Positions 35,401 through 46,700 of a DNA stretch of 51,406 nt are shown here, piece after piece. Under the pieces are notes generated by a model. That model searched no databases and had not been told where the DNA came from. It worked only from the letters and a program-made list of their open reading frames with translations. Location of the stretch: the NCBI GenBank assembly GCA_002269645.1, contig NIVC01004295.1, positions 1 through 51,406 on the forward strand, written 5' to 3'. Positions within the stretch are counted from its first letter, which is position 1. Every line of letters starts with the position of its first letter. The stretch is from Macrostomum lignano (Eukaryota). The translations under genes and the position numbers were made by a program.

Positions 35401-38400
35401 ACAATCAGCTTACAATGATCGCCTTGCACTCCGCACTCGGAAACCGCAGATTCTGCGCCCTCTGCTGCGCCTCGTAAAATCCTGCTGCAGCGCCGGCTCG
35501 TCGCGCGCAGTGGAGAGCCGCGTTGTACTCATATTGCACCAGCTCTGCGTGGTGCTGAATCGTTCGCCAAATCTTTTAGACACCTGTCTAGAAGTTGGCC
35601 GAGCTGAGGCCGGCTCGCAGTTCCTAGTGTTCAGCCTGCTAGTGCCGTACGTGCACCGCGAGGCCAGCATCGGCCAGCACGCCAGGGATGCGCTGCTGCT
35701 AGTCATGGCACTGTCGGCTCGCAATCAAGAGGTTGGCCGGTTCATTGCATTCTCCTCGGATTTCTGTCCGGTGCTGGCCACCGGCCTCAGCGGCTTGTAC
35801 TCGTCTCTGCCCCGCCGTCTGCCCGTTGACTCGGACGATTGGTGCCAGCTGACCCCGGCCGACTGGCAGCGGATCCCGGACCTGGCTCAGTTCCTTAATT
35901 CCTTAGACTTTTGTAATGTTGTTGTTGAATTGGCGCATCCTCTCGTAAGGGATCAGCTGTTGCACTTTATCTATTCGGGCTTCCTTAAACCTGTGCTGGG
36001 CGCCGCCCTGCACCAGAGCTCCATGGACGAGGTGACCGCTGCGACGGCCTATCTGGAGCTGTTCCTGCGCCGAGTCACTGAGCCGGCCCTGCTTAAAGTC
36101 CTAGTGCGATTCGTATTGCTAGACTACTATGACGATTATAATATATTGGAGTCGCTTATTGGTCGCATCAAATTCTCCAACAGTCTACTTGGCGTGGTCA
36201 CCATGTCGCTTTTCAGGACTCTGCTTAATCTGCACATTGAGGACGTGCATTACCAGCTACTGTATCGCTACCTCATCCCCTGCCAGCACCTCATGCTCAG
36301 CCAGCGCCGCTGCCTACGCGACAACGAGCCCTACGCCAGGGCCGCCGACAAGTTCGCTTCCCTGGTTCCCTCCTGCTGCGTGCAGGACACCGGCGAGGAG
36401 GCCATCAGCCCCGCCGCCGACCGGCTGCGCGCCTACGAATCGCCGCACGCCGAGTATCTGCGCGACGCGGCCGAGCGCATTGTCGAACGGACCGTCGCTT
36501 CCCGTCGGTGGGCCTTCCGCTACGACGGCGTCGATCCGCCAATCGACGTGTTCGAAGGAGCCGCCGGCGATGCGGCGTTAGCGGAGGCGGCAGCCGCTGT
36601 CGCCGCAGCGGGTCTGTCCTCGGTGCCTCTAACTGAGATTCAGAGCGCTTTCCGTCGGCTGCAGGGTCCCACAGCCGCTGTCGCTGTCGCCGCAACTGAA
36701 ATCGCCGACGAGGCCGACGCGACCAGCCTAGACGCCGATTACTACGACGAGTTGAACTCGTCAGCTAGTAGACTATTCGACGCCTCCTCTAGCGGCGACG
36801 GTCCCGCAACTGACCGACGCTCGTCTGCCTCTTCGCTTGTAAATAGCAGCTTACAGCAGAAGCAGCAGAAGCAGCAACAGAAGCTGCAGCAGTCATTGGC
36901 TGGGCCATCATCAGTTGCCGCTGCTTCGCGACCTTACAAAGACTCGGCCGCGCATGTACAGTCAATGTACACGTTGAGCTTCTTGGACCCCGATTCCGGT
37001 TTAGACAGCAGCGCAGGAGCTGCAGCGTCTGCGTCGGCTTCAACTGCTGCTGCAGTTTCAGCTACAAAGCCGGCAGCAGTTGTTGAAGAAGATGGTCCAG
37101 CTGAAACTGACGCAGCCGAGGACAATAACAGCCATGCTGATAATATGGATGGTAACGGTAAACTTCTTTCTGCTAAATGTTTTGTTGGTCAATTAAAGTA
37201 CTTTTGCCTACCGAAAAAAGTAGCAAAATAAGAAAGCAAACAGAATTTCTTATAGTTTATGTGCTATCGAACGTGTGTGTACACAGGTGACATCCTGGAC
37301 TAGCGGTTAAGACCACTTATCGCAAACACAGTGTGTACAGTACATACACACTGTGTGTACAGTGTGTACAGGAGAGGCGACCGTTGCGTCACAAGCGCGA
37401 CACGTGAGCTGTAGAATCATGAGACAGTGGTCTAAGAATCGTTTCTACTAACTTAGTAGGCTATACTTAAAGTGCAATTAACTTTCAATAGGCTACACTG
37501 AGTGTTAATTGCGTAACTGACTCTGTAATCCGTCCAGAGCGTCTTACAGGTGACGTCTTACAGGTAGCACGTCTAAAATACGACTATACGGTCCCAGAGT
37601 CGTTATACTGTCGCCCTAGAGTTCGTTTCAGAGTCGCAGACAATTTATCAAGAGCTTCAAAATAAATCTTGGATGGCTCAAGTCGTTTTAGATTCACTTT
37701 TTTCCTATTTTGCCTGTGTTACCTGCGACGACTCTGAAACGACCTAGGTGCCGTTTTCATCGGGCCAGGGCCCTGTGTGTTAAGCTAAATGCGTATTTTA
37801 AACTACTAGTGTTAGTATACACGCTTGTTTGTTAATTGTCATAATTGGGATTTGCTACGGCAGTGCCCAATGCCCCCTGGCCAATAAGTAACTCGCTTCA
37901 TACTCTCTTTATCTTGCCTATCTTGACTTACTTGACTTAGCTGCAGGGCTGTCCCGGAGGGGACACAGCGGGAAGGCGCGGGCGCCCATTCCGCTAGTCC
38001 CTGAACGGCCGACGCGTCGCTATGGACGATAGGGTTTTTTTACATAGTCGGCTCGAAGGCCATGATAAAGGTTGGTGGGCTACCCTCAAAGGGGCGCGGT
38101 ACCCACCCGGCCGCTCCACCTGACCGGGCAGTAGGCCAATAGAACCCTCAAGGCTGGCCCGACACCAGGAGGGGGACCGCTTGCGACCGGACTACTCCCC
38201 GGCCTTCCAGCCCATCGGCACGGTCAACACCTTAGGCATTAGAGAGTACGTTGAGCAGTACCACGGCCTGCAGGTTGGCGAGCCAGACCCGCATACCCAA
38301 ATTCGGCCGAAGCCACTGGATAGGGTCGCCAGCGCCGGAGCCCAGTCTGTCCAGCAGCCCTAGGGACTGCCTTGAACACACGCGGGGACGAGTACCCTGG

Positions 38401-40381
38401 GTCGACTTGCGAGACAGCGTGGGGGGGGGGTCTGCGGCTGCCAGAGGCAAATAGAGGGTGCAGACCTCCCACCAGCCTTGACCTGCTGAAGATAGGGGCA
38501 GGCGTGAAGCATCGCAGACCTTAGCTCGTAGGCCTGGTCTGTCTCATACTTCACTGGCATGCTGAATACGCCTTCGCGTGCTCCAATCTTGCCTATCTAT
38601 CCGTAATGCACTGTTTAAGATGCCGCCAACGGTGCTGACGACAGCCGGGCAGCGGCCGACCTGCGCGCATTTATTAGCCAATCTCTGGATCAGCTGGAGG
38701 ATCTCAACGGCTTCCTAACTCTGCTAGACTCTCTGCCACCGTCTCTAGTAGGCGGCAATGACTGCGCCGACTCCGGCATCGATGCCAGCGTGCAGAGCCT
38801 TGAAGCTGCGCTGTCCGAGGCCGGCCTGCTACTGGCTGCCGAAGGCGGGTCGCCTCGGCCGCCGCTCCGACAGACGTCCAACATGTCGGCCGCTGGCCTG
38901 TCCGACTCCGGACGCTTCGACGAGACCAGCTCGTCGACTGCGGCAACACCGTCGGCTAGCATCGGCGGCGGAGCTTTATCGACGTCGAATCATCCGTTGG
39001 CTGCGTCTGCGGCAGCGGCGGCGGCGACGAATTCCTCCATGCTGTTGCCGATGCCGCAACAGCCGGGCTTGGAGTTTCTGCCCGTGCCGCCGCGGCCGCA
39101 TCCGTCCGCCAGGCCGCCTGCGAACAATTTCTATACGATTGGACCGTTCTTGACGGCCCTGTTGGATAAAGTTGAAACTATGCCAGCTAATTCGCTCTAT
39201 GTTAATCTGCTGCTAACTAACTTGCTGTCGGATTTGGCTTGCTATCCGCAGCCGCTACTCAAATCTCTGCTGCTCAATGCTGGTCTAGTGCTGCAGCCTC
39301 AGGTGATTGATTCTAGCTAGGCATGTCAGAGATTTCGGACCCTGGATCTGCAATTAGCTAGGCATGTCAGAGTTGAAACCCTGGATCTGCAATTAGCTAG
39401 GCATGTCAAAGATTTCGGACCCTGGATCTGCAATTAGCTAGGCATGCCAGAGTTGAAACCCTGGATCTGCAATTAGCTAGGCATGCCAGAGTTGAAACCC
39501 TGGATCTGCAATTAGCTAGGCATACCAGAGTTGAAACCCTGGATCTGCAATTAGCTAGGCATGTCAAAGATTTCGGACCCTGAATCTGCAATTAGCTAGG
39601 CATGCCAGAGTTGAAACCCTGGATCTGCAATTAGCTAGGCATGTCAGAGTTGAAACCCTGGATCTGCAATTAGCTAGGCATGTCAGAGTTGAAACCCTGG
39701 ATCTGCAATTAGCTAGGCATGTCAGAGTTGGTAAGCAAAGTAAGCAAACTTATAAGCTCCAACTAATATCAATAGCAGCTGCCTCTCCGCCTCATCCAAC
39801 CGCAGGTGAAGAGTCTCTACCAGGCGCTAAACGTGGTGAAGCACCGGGTGGACTGTTTCTCCTACACAATGGACAATTTCGACTCGCTCCTGTTGGACGC
39901 GCGCCGGTTTCTCTACTGGCGCGTCAATCGAAGCAGTCCGGAGGAATTCGAACTGCAGCACTTCGCCGCCATGCCTGTCGGCAGTAATAATAATAATAAT
40001 AATAATCGATCAGACAGTTTAATTGCCCTGCCAGGCGATCGGCGCCGCGCGGCCACCTCGGCGTCGTCTGCAGCATCCGGTAGCCTCGCCGATTGGTCCA
40101 GCTTCCATCCGCATCAGCAGCAACAGCAGCAGCAGCAGCCAGAAGCAGTAAAAAAGAAATCATTCTTCGAAAGTCTGTTCTCCTCATCGAAAAGCAACAA
40201 TAGCGGCGGCTCCGGCAAGGAGAATCGAAAACTATCGTCGGGTTCGTCAACGGCGACAGGCAGTCGGGATCGGCTGGACGGCCTGAAGACTCGGAACATG
40301 GTGTACGCGGCCGTAGTGCTAGAGGAGTTCACTAAGGAGTTGTCGGCCATCTGTCGGGAGCATTCTGTCAGGCCGTTGTGA
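32445..40381 (+). CDS. FHF complex subunit HOOK-interacting protein, FHIP1/FAM160A family, 4 exons (32445-32972, 35450-37157, 38620-39302, 39806-40381), 1164 aa
   Basis: EVFENHWDQV, EQLKQYELLIGQ|ILRPLL, FLVFSLLVPYVHREASIGQHARDALL, FCPVLATGLSGLYSSLP, FLNSLDFCN...AHPLVRDQL, TAYLELFLR, YLIPCQHLML, GPFLTALLDKVETMPANSLYVNLLLT..LACYPQPLL and VVLEEFTKELSAICREH match recalled FAM160A. Intron phases 0, 1, 0; total 3495 nt. The paralog (1A or 1B) cannot be assigned, so no symbol is given. Confidence 0.92.
33470..33810. repeat. 79-bp tandem repeat, about 4 units, in FHIP intron 1
   Basis: AATTATCGAT recurs at 33542, 33621, 33700 and 33779, with GATAGCTAAGACTGCCTTCTCGGCTGAAATGG blocks. Confidence 0.9.
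34290..35190. repeat. 24-bp minisatellite (AAACTAC(G/A)(C/G)AATAAGTGACACAT(C/T))n, about 37 units, in FHIP intron 1
   Basis: Directly visible. Confidence 0.96.
37616..37746. repeat. Inverted repeat (possible small MITE) in FHIP intron 2
   Basis: TCGTTTCAGAGTCG (37623-37636) / CGACTCTGAAACGA (37729-37742), perfect 14 bp, with CTAG on both outer sides. Confidence 0.5.
37924..38585 (-). mobile_element. Non-LTR retroposed element (SINE or 5'-truncated LINE), 662 bp, in FHIP intron 2
   Basis: Perfect 13-bp TSD ATCTTGCCTATCT (37911-37923 / 38586-38598). Minus-strand 3' end is a short tandem tail, CTAAGTCAAGTAAGTCA, of the simple-repeat type seen in RTE/CR1-like elements. GC-rich body; no RT motif recognised. 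Confidence 0.75.
39315..39731. repeat. 39/41-bp minisatellite (AGCTAGGCATGTCAGAGTTGAAACCCTGGATCTGCAATT)n, about 10 units, in FHIP intron 3
   Basis: Directly visible; starts about 10 nt after the splice donor. Confidence 0.95.
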
Positions 40382-40591
40382 ATAAAAATATGGATCGAGT
40401 TTGCTCTGTATATTTGACGCCAGTAGTATGTGTCGGGCATTAGTGAGATTATTACATACAATTTCAACTTTCAATAAGTTGGCTATGGTAAATTTAAGTC
40501 AGAAAGTGAGCAAATTTCGTCTGTAAAATCATGCTTTGATTGTTGTCAGGTACGAGTATTGCCCTACTCGAGAATTAAGTCTGTGGATCGC

Positions 40592-41068
40592 TCTAGACCA
40601 CAGATACTAAAATAGCTAGATGGGCCACTCAGGCACATATATTTACTTAGTAAATTTACTAAGTTTTAAAACAGCTTTCTACTTTCAGTTCAGTAGCAAC
40701 GAAGAATATATAAGCTATTTTATAGAAATAACTAGGCAGCTGAAATGACTTTGATAAGTTTAGAAGCCCAAGCTTGCAGGCGTAAAAAACTTGCTAATTG
40801 GTTCAGCAATAATGTACATTAGCCAGTCCACTGGAATGTACATGGCAGCTTTAGGCTGGAATTCCGAGAAAATAAAATTGGGGCGGGTGGGGGTAGTGTT
40901 GAAAGGCGCGGTTGAAGGGTTTAGGCTGGGGGGTAAGAGCCAATGAATGAGCTTTGGCTTTAAAAATGCAGTAAAATGCTTCTGTTTAACTTACTACTGA
41001 ACTTAAAGTAGTTTACACGCAAATGTGCTGAGTGGCCCATCTATTTATTCTAGTATTTGTGCTCTAGA
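40592..41068. mobile_element. MITE of about 475 bp with ~47-bp imperfect terminal inverted repeats
   Basis: Left arm TCTAGACCACAGATACTAAAATAGCTAGATGGGCCACTCAGGCACAT versus right arm ATGTGCTGAGTGGCCCATCTATTTATTCTAGTATTTGTGCTCTAGA; includes a perfect 16-bp core. Confidence 0.75.
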
Positions 41069-41979
41069 CTAGATGAATGCCGACAATGAGACTTGAATTC
41101 ACACTTCACACTTGAGTTCAGTCATTCATTCAAGCCAGAGACATTCATTCTCTTCCCGATGAGCGCTATACTCGTATTGCATTTGAACTCTTGAAAAATT
41201 TGAACTCACTTGACAAATTCAAAGTTCAAATGGTAAAGTATCTGTGTAGATTAAACTGAGGATCACTGCTTTACTTAAATAGAACACAATTGTCTTGCCT
41301 TATATAATAACTAATCAAGTTAAATATACTACTTATAACAGATTAATTCTTTTACTAGTGCGCAGCCAAATAAGTGTTTTAATTTTACTTTTTTACTACT
41401 AATGCTACTAATAGTACTAGATTAAGCAAATTTATTGTACAGACATAGCAGCTGTTTCGGCGTGATTACTTTCTATTGTTTAATTAGAATACATGTCAAA
41501 CAATCACTAGCCACATTTTCATAGATGCTTTAATATTGGTAAGTTATTGTTTCAATTTTCTAAAATTTACTTTACTCATTTGCTTCCACATCTTTGCTTC
41601 TGTTTAACAGTTTTTCTAATACAAGATGTTAATAAATATCTAACTATATATTTATGCAGTGCGTTGTAAAATAGTTTGTTCATCTTTCCAATTTATTTTA
41701 AATGTTCTCAGAAACCTAAAGTGTAAACGTTCTACTAAATTAAGTCACGCTTAGTAGCTGGACTTCTCCGATCATTAATTTTTATTTTGGATTTTTCCTA
41801 TGCCTATCTACAGCCACAAAATATCCGATCCTCACTGTGGTGAATTTTTTTGCGATTTTTTTTCGATCCAATAATTTTTCGGATTTTAAGGGTGCCATTT
41901 AATCTCTTAACTTATATGCTGTCAATTCGTTTCGCTTTTCTTTATTTGTTGGCGCAAATTCGGGATGAAAGTTTCTACA

Positions 41980-42950
41980 GAGGGGAGTAGTGGCGCTTAC
42001 TGAAGAGGAGTAGCGACGCTTACTGAAGCGGCGCTTCTTGAAGGGGGTAGCGGCGCTTACTGAAGGGGGTAGCGGCGCTTACTGAAGAGGAGTAGCGGCG
42101 CTTACTGAAGGGGGTAGCGGCGCTTACTGAAGGGGGTAGCGGCGCTTACTGAAGAGGAGTAGCGGCGCTTACTGAAGGGGGTAGCGGCGCTTACTGAAGA
42201 GGAGTAGCGGCGCTTACTGAAGCGGCGCTTCTTGAACAGGGTAGTGGCGCTTACTAAAGGGGGTAGCGGCGCTTACTGAAGAGGAGTAGCGGCGCTTACT
42301 GAAGCGGCGCTTCTTGAACAGAGTAGTGGCGCTTACTAAAGGGGGTAGCGGCGCTTACTTAAGAGGAGTAGCGGCGCTTACTGAAGAGGAGTAGCGGCGC
42401 TTCTTGAAGGGGTTAGCGGCGCTTACTGAAGCGGCGCTTCTTGAAGGGGGTAGCGGCGCTTACTGAAGAGGAGTAGCGGCGCTTACTGAAGCGGCGCTTC
42501 TTGAAGGGGGTAGCGGCGCTTACTGAAGAGGAGTAGCGGCGCTTCTTGAAGGGGTTAGCGGCGCTTACTGAAGAGGATTAGCGGCGCTTACTGAAGGGGG
42601 ATAGCGGCGCTTACTGAAGGGGGATAGCGGCGCTTACTGAAGGGGGATAGCGGTGCTTCTTGAAGAGGAGTAGCGGCGCTTACTGAAGGGGGTAGCGGCG
42701 CTTACTGAAGGGGGTAGCGGCGCTTACTGAAGGGGGTAGCGGCGCTTACTGAAGAGGAGTAGCGGCGCTTACTGAAGAGGAGTAGCGGCGCTTACTGAAG
42801 AGGATTAGCGGCGCTTACTGAAGGGGGATAGCGGCGCTTACTGAAGGGGATAGCGGCGCTTACTGAAGGGGGATAGCGGCGCTTCTTGAAGGGGTAGCGG
42901 CGCTTACTGAAGGGGGTAGCGGCGCTTACTGAAGGGGGTAGCGGCGCTTA
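41980..42950. repeat. 23-bp minisatellite (GCGGCGCTTACTGAAG(A/G)GG(A/G)GTA)n with shorter variants, about 43 units, between FHIP and RECQL5
   Basis: Directly visible. Confidence 0.96.
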
Positions 42951-43766
42951 CAGAAACAACAATCCCGATTTTACAGTTGCAATGAGGGAAAAGTTCTTGC
43001 AAAGTACACTAATTTACCTCATTGATATTGTCTGTTTCTAATTATCTAAAAGATCCACTTTTGTTTCGTTTCAAGCCGCCGAAAAGCGGAAAGGCAGCGC
43101 ACAGTGTCGCCAATAAAAGTTTCGTGTAATTTTTTCATAGCGGGTGTGCATATATGCCATGCATAATGGCATATATATCCATATTCAGAAGCTATACTCA
43201 GACTGAAGTTGCACCATGACGTTTTAAATTGTTTGCCACACTACAGCGTCTGTACATTCTTTGTATTCTATCTTTATTAGTTATAGTTATACAAGCCCCA
43301 ATTTATCCTTCATAGTTTGCTTTTATTTTAGTTTATTTTTCCTACTAGGCGTCGCAAAGTCATATTCATGGTAATCAGAGATTATATAAAAATATATCTA
43401 TTGTATATTAATGAATGACTTTATCCAACCAAAAATACTTTGTTAACTGTTAACTGTGTTCGCTGTATAAATAAAACTTGACGTCGCAATTGTTCTGTTT
43501 ACTTATAATATTGATAGTAATAGTATGGTATTAACTTCATTACTAAAATACACAGAACGTCTCGTTGGATAACTTTTCTACTTATATAGTTATTAATAGT
43601 TCTCTCCTTGTTCATTCTGTTTATCCTAGTCTATTTGTGTATGCTTTTAGTCTATTACTTATTAATCGACTATATTAATTATTAATATTTATGCAGGCCC
43701 CAGCAGCCAGCGCTTTCTATCCTACTGTGAGTAGTGCAGTTAGCAGTAGATATATTAGTTGGGCCA

Positions 43767-46700
43767 ATGCAGCAGCGCGACTCGGTGCTAGCCTGCTTAG
43801 CCAAGCATTTCAAGCATGCGGCATTCAAATCCGACACTCAAGAGGCTGCGGTTCGATGCGCTGTTGCCAGGCAAAGCGACTTATTTGTTTGCATGCCAAC
43901 CGGGGCGGGAAAGTCGCTTTGCTACCAGCTGCCGGCTGTCTATCATCGCGGCGTTGCTATTGTTGTATCGCCCCTGATCGCTCTGATTAGTGACCAGCTG
44001 GAACAATTGAAACGGCTGGGCATTGGCGCCGCTACGATCAACTCGCGCACCGGCGAGAAGGAGCGCCGGGCTGTGCTGGCCGACTTGGCCTCGCCCTGTC
44101 CAGAGATTCGATTGCTGTACGTCACGCCTGAGCAGACTCGAACTAAGACATTCGAATCTCTGGCTAAACAGCTGGCCGATCGGGCTAGGCTATCTTATTT
44201 TGTTGTTGACGAGGCTCACTGCGTGTCCGAATGGGGTCACGATTTTCGGCCGGATTTTCTACGCCTCGGCCAGGTTCGAGCCAGACTGTGTCCGTCGGCC
44301 ACTTGTATCGCCCTGACCGCCACGGCTAATGCTAGGGTGCGCGACGATATTAACCGCCTATTGAAGCTGCACTCGCCGCGCATCTTTCAGACGGCCTGCT
44401 ATCGATCGAATCTCTACTACGATGTGCAGTTCGCCGACCTGCTGCCGGATCCGTTCGCTAATCTGCTGCAGTTCGCGCTGGCCTGCCTGCCGCCGCGCGG
44501 CTCCAGCGAGGCGGACGCAGCCGATTGGTCCGGCCGGGGCTCCGGCATCGTCTATTGTAGGCAGCGGGACGTGTGCGAAGACATCGCTAGCCGGCTGTGC
44601 TCGCGCGGCCTGCCAGCCAGGCCGTATCATGCCGGCTTGAAGAAGTCCGACCGGCAGGCCAACCAGCTGGATTGGACTGATAATAAATTCCCTGTGGTTG
44701 TGGCCACTGTCAGCTTCGGTATGGGAGTTGACAAGCCAAATGTCAGATTTGTGGCCCATTGGACTGTGGCCAAATCTCTGGCAGCCTATTATCAGGAGAG
44801 CGGTCGGGCCGGCCGAGACGGACTGCCGTCAAAGTGTCGGATCTACTATACTAAACAGGAGAGGGACACTGTTGCCTATCTGACTCAACAGCAGCAAAAG
44901 GATGCTGGCGGTGATGACGAGTCCGCGTCCGCTTCTGCCGCCACAGATACGCCCGATCGTCCGACTGTTAATCGTCGGGCCATCGCTATGCAGGATCTCA
45001 ATGAGATGATCTCCTACGCTGAGACTTGCAAGTGAGAGCCTGTTTGTTATTTCAACTCAAGCCTATTTAGCTGAGTACTAACTGCGGTCAATACTGCTTA
45101 ACTTTGCTAGTGCTGGCCGCTAATGTGACCTAAATGATTAGTATTTTTTATGGCTTCTTACAATTGCTATAGTAATAATGACTAGCTGCTGTAAAGGGGG
45201 GCGCCAAAGCTGCTGCAAGGAGGCGGGGCGCCAAAGCTGCTGCAAGGAGGCGGGGCGCCAAAGCTGTTGCAAGGGGGCGCCGAAGCTGTTACAAGGGGGC
45301 GCCAAAGCTGTTGCAAGGGGGCGCCAAAGCTGCTGCAAGGGGGCGCCAAAGCTGTTGCAAGGGGGCGCCAAAGCTGTTGCAAGGGGGCGCCAAAGCTGCT
45401 GCAAGGGGGTGCCAAAGCTGCTGCAAAGGGGCGCCAAAGCTGCTGCAAGGGGGCGCCGAAGCTGCTGCAAGGGGGCGCCGAAGCTGCTGCAAGGGGGCGC
45501 CAAAGCTGCTGAAAGGGGGCGCCAAAGCTGCCGCAAGTGGGGCGCCAAAGCTGCTGCAGAAGAGGGGCGTCATTTACTTTTCTCGGTCATCCCGGCTCCG
45601 CATAAAAGTACATTGTCTCACCTTTAAAGATGCCGCAACGCTACAGTGGCCGCCTATTTCGGTGAGAGCAACACGCAGCCCTGCCGGACCAATTGCGACG
45701 CCTGCGCTCAAGCCAAAGAGGCGGCCGCCCAGCTGCGCGAATTCCAACGCTGGTGCCATTCGGCTAATATTGAACGGCGACGGGGCCGGGGGCCGCAGGC
45801 GGATGAAGACTTGGACCCGGATCTCTATCGGCAGCGGCAGCGCGGCCGCGGTTTCGAAGAATACGACGACGATTCGCAGGCGGACTACGCGCTGGCGGAG
45901 CGGCTCGCGGCCCAAGAGAAAAAAGACCGCAACGACGCTATCCAGGCTGAGTTTCAGCGGCGCCGGGTTGGTGCAGGTGATCATTTTTGTTATAAATTCT
46001 CTTTGACCACCTGCTTAGCATGAAATTGGAAATTTCTTATCGTCTGAGTTTGGTGATCATTTATTTGCCCATATAAGTTTTTTTATTGGCTTTGGATAAC
46101 TGGTTCAATTTTGTTTTAATGTCTGATTCAATCATGTCAAAACGTCTTATTCAATATGTTAACATGTCTTATTCAATCATGGTAACATGTCTTATTCAAT
46201 CATGGTAACATGTCTTATTCAATCATGTTTCAATGTCTGATTCAATCATGTTCCAAATGTTTCGCTCTATCAGGCAGTGGCGGCGGCGGCGGTGGTAGCC
46301 GATACGGCGCTGACAACTCGTCATGGGCCGCCGCCTCGGCCGACTGTCCAATCAGAGACGCTGGAAACCGCGGCATTGCCGGCATCACTGGCAAGTGTCG
46401 GGAGCAGTCGTACAATCTACTGCGCTCCTCTCTGCTGCCAAAGCTGGCCTCGCTGGCCCCGAATCTCCTGCCGCCAGACCGGGCCGAGGCGGCCCTGATC
46501 CGCATGGAATATTCGGCCTTCCGCGCCTCCAAGGTGGCGTCAACCTATCGCGGCGCAATGATGAAGGCCGTGTCCCGGGTTAGAAAGTGCAAGTCGGGCG
46601 ACGAACTGGCGGACTTTCTGCTGTCCTACGATGACTCGCAGGAGGCGGAGGCTGCGGCTGAAGCGGAATTAACCGCGGCTGAGCCGGCATCGGCGAATGC

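Noticed and set aside
38180-38560. Short ORFs in the retroposed element as reverse transcriptase or endonuclease remnants
   Set aside because: None shows RT (YADD-like), APE or RLE motifs, and all are under 80 aa.
41980-42950. Tandem minimal hammerheads in the CTGAAGAG-containing 23-bp array
   Set aside because: CUGAAGA is present but the unit has no GAAA and cannot form stems II and III.
43691-43766. Upstream extension of RECQL5 from the ORF-track start at 43734
   Set aside because: That start is a non-ATG codon; similarity to RecQ5 begins after the ATG at 43767.
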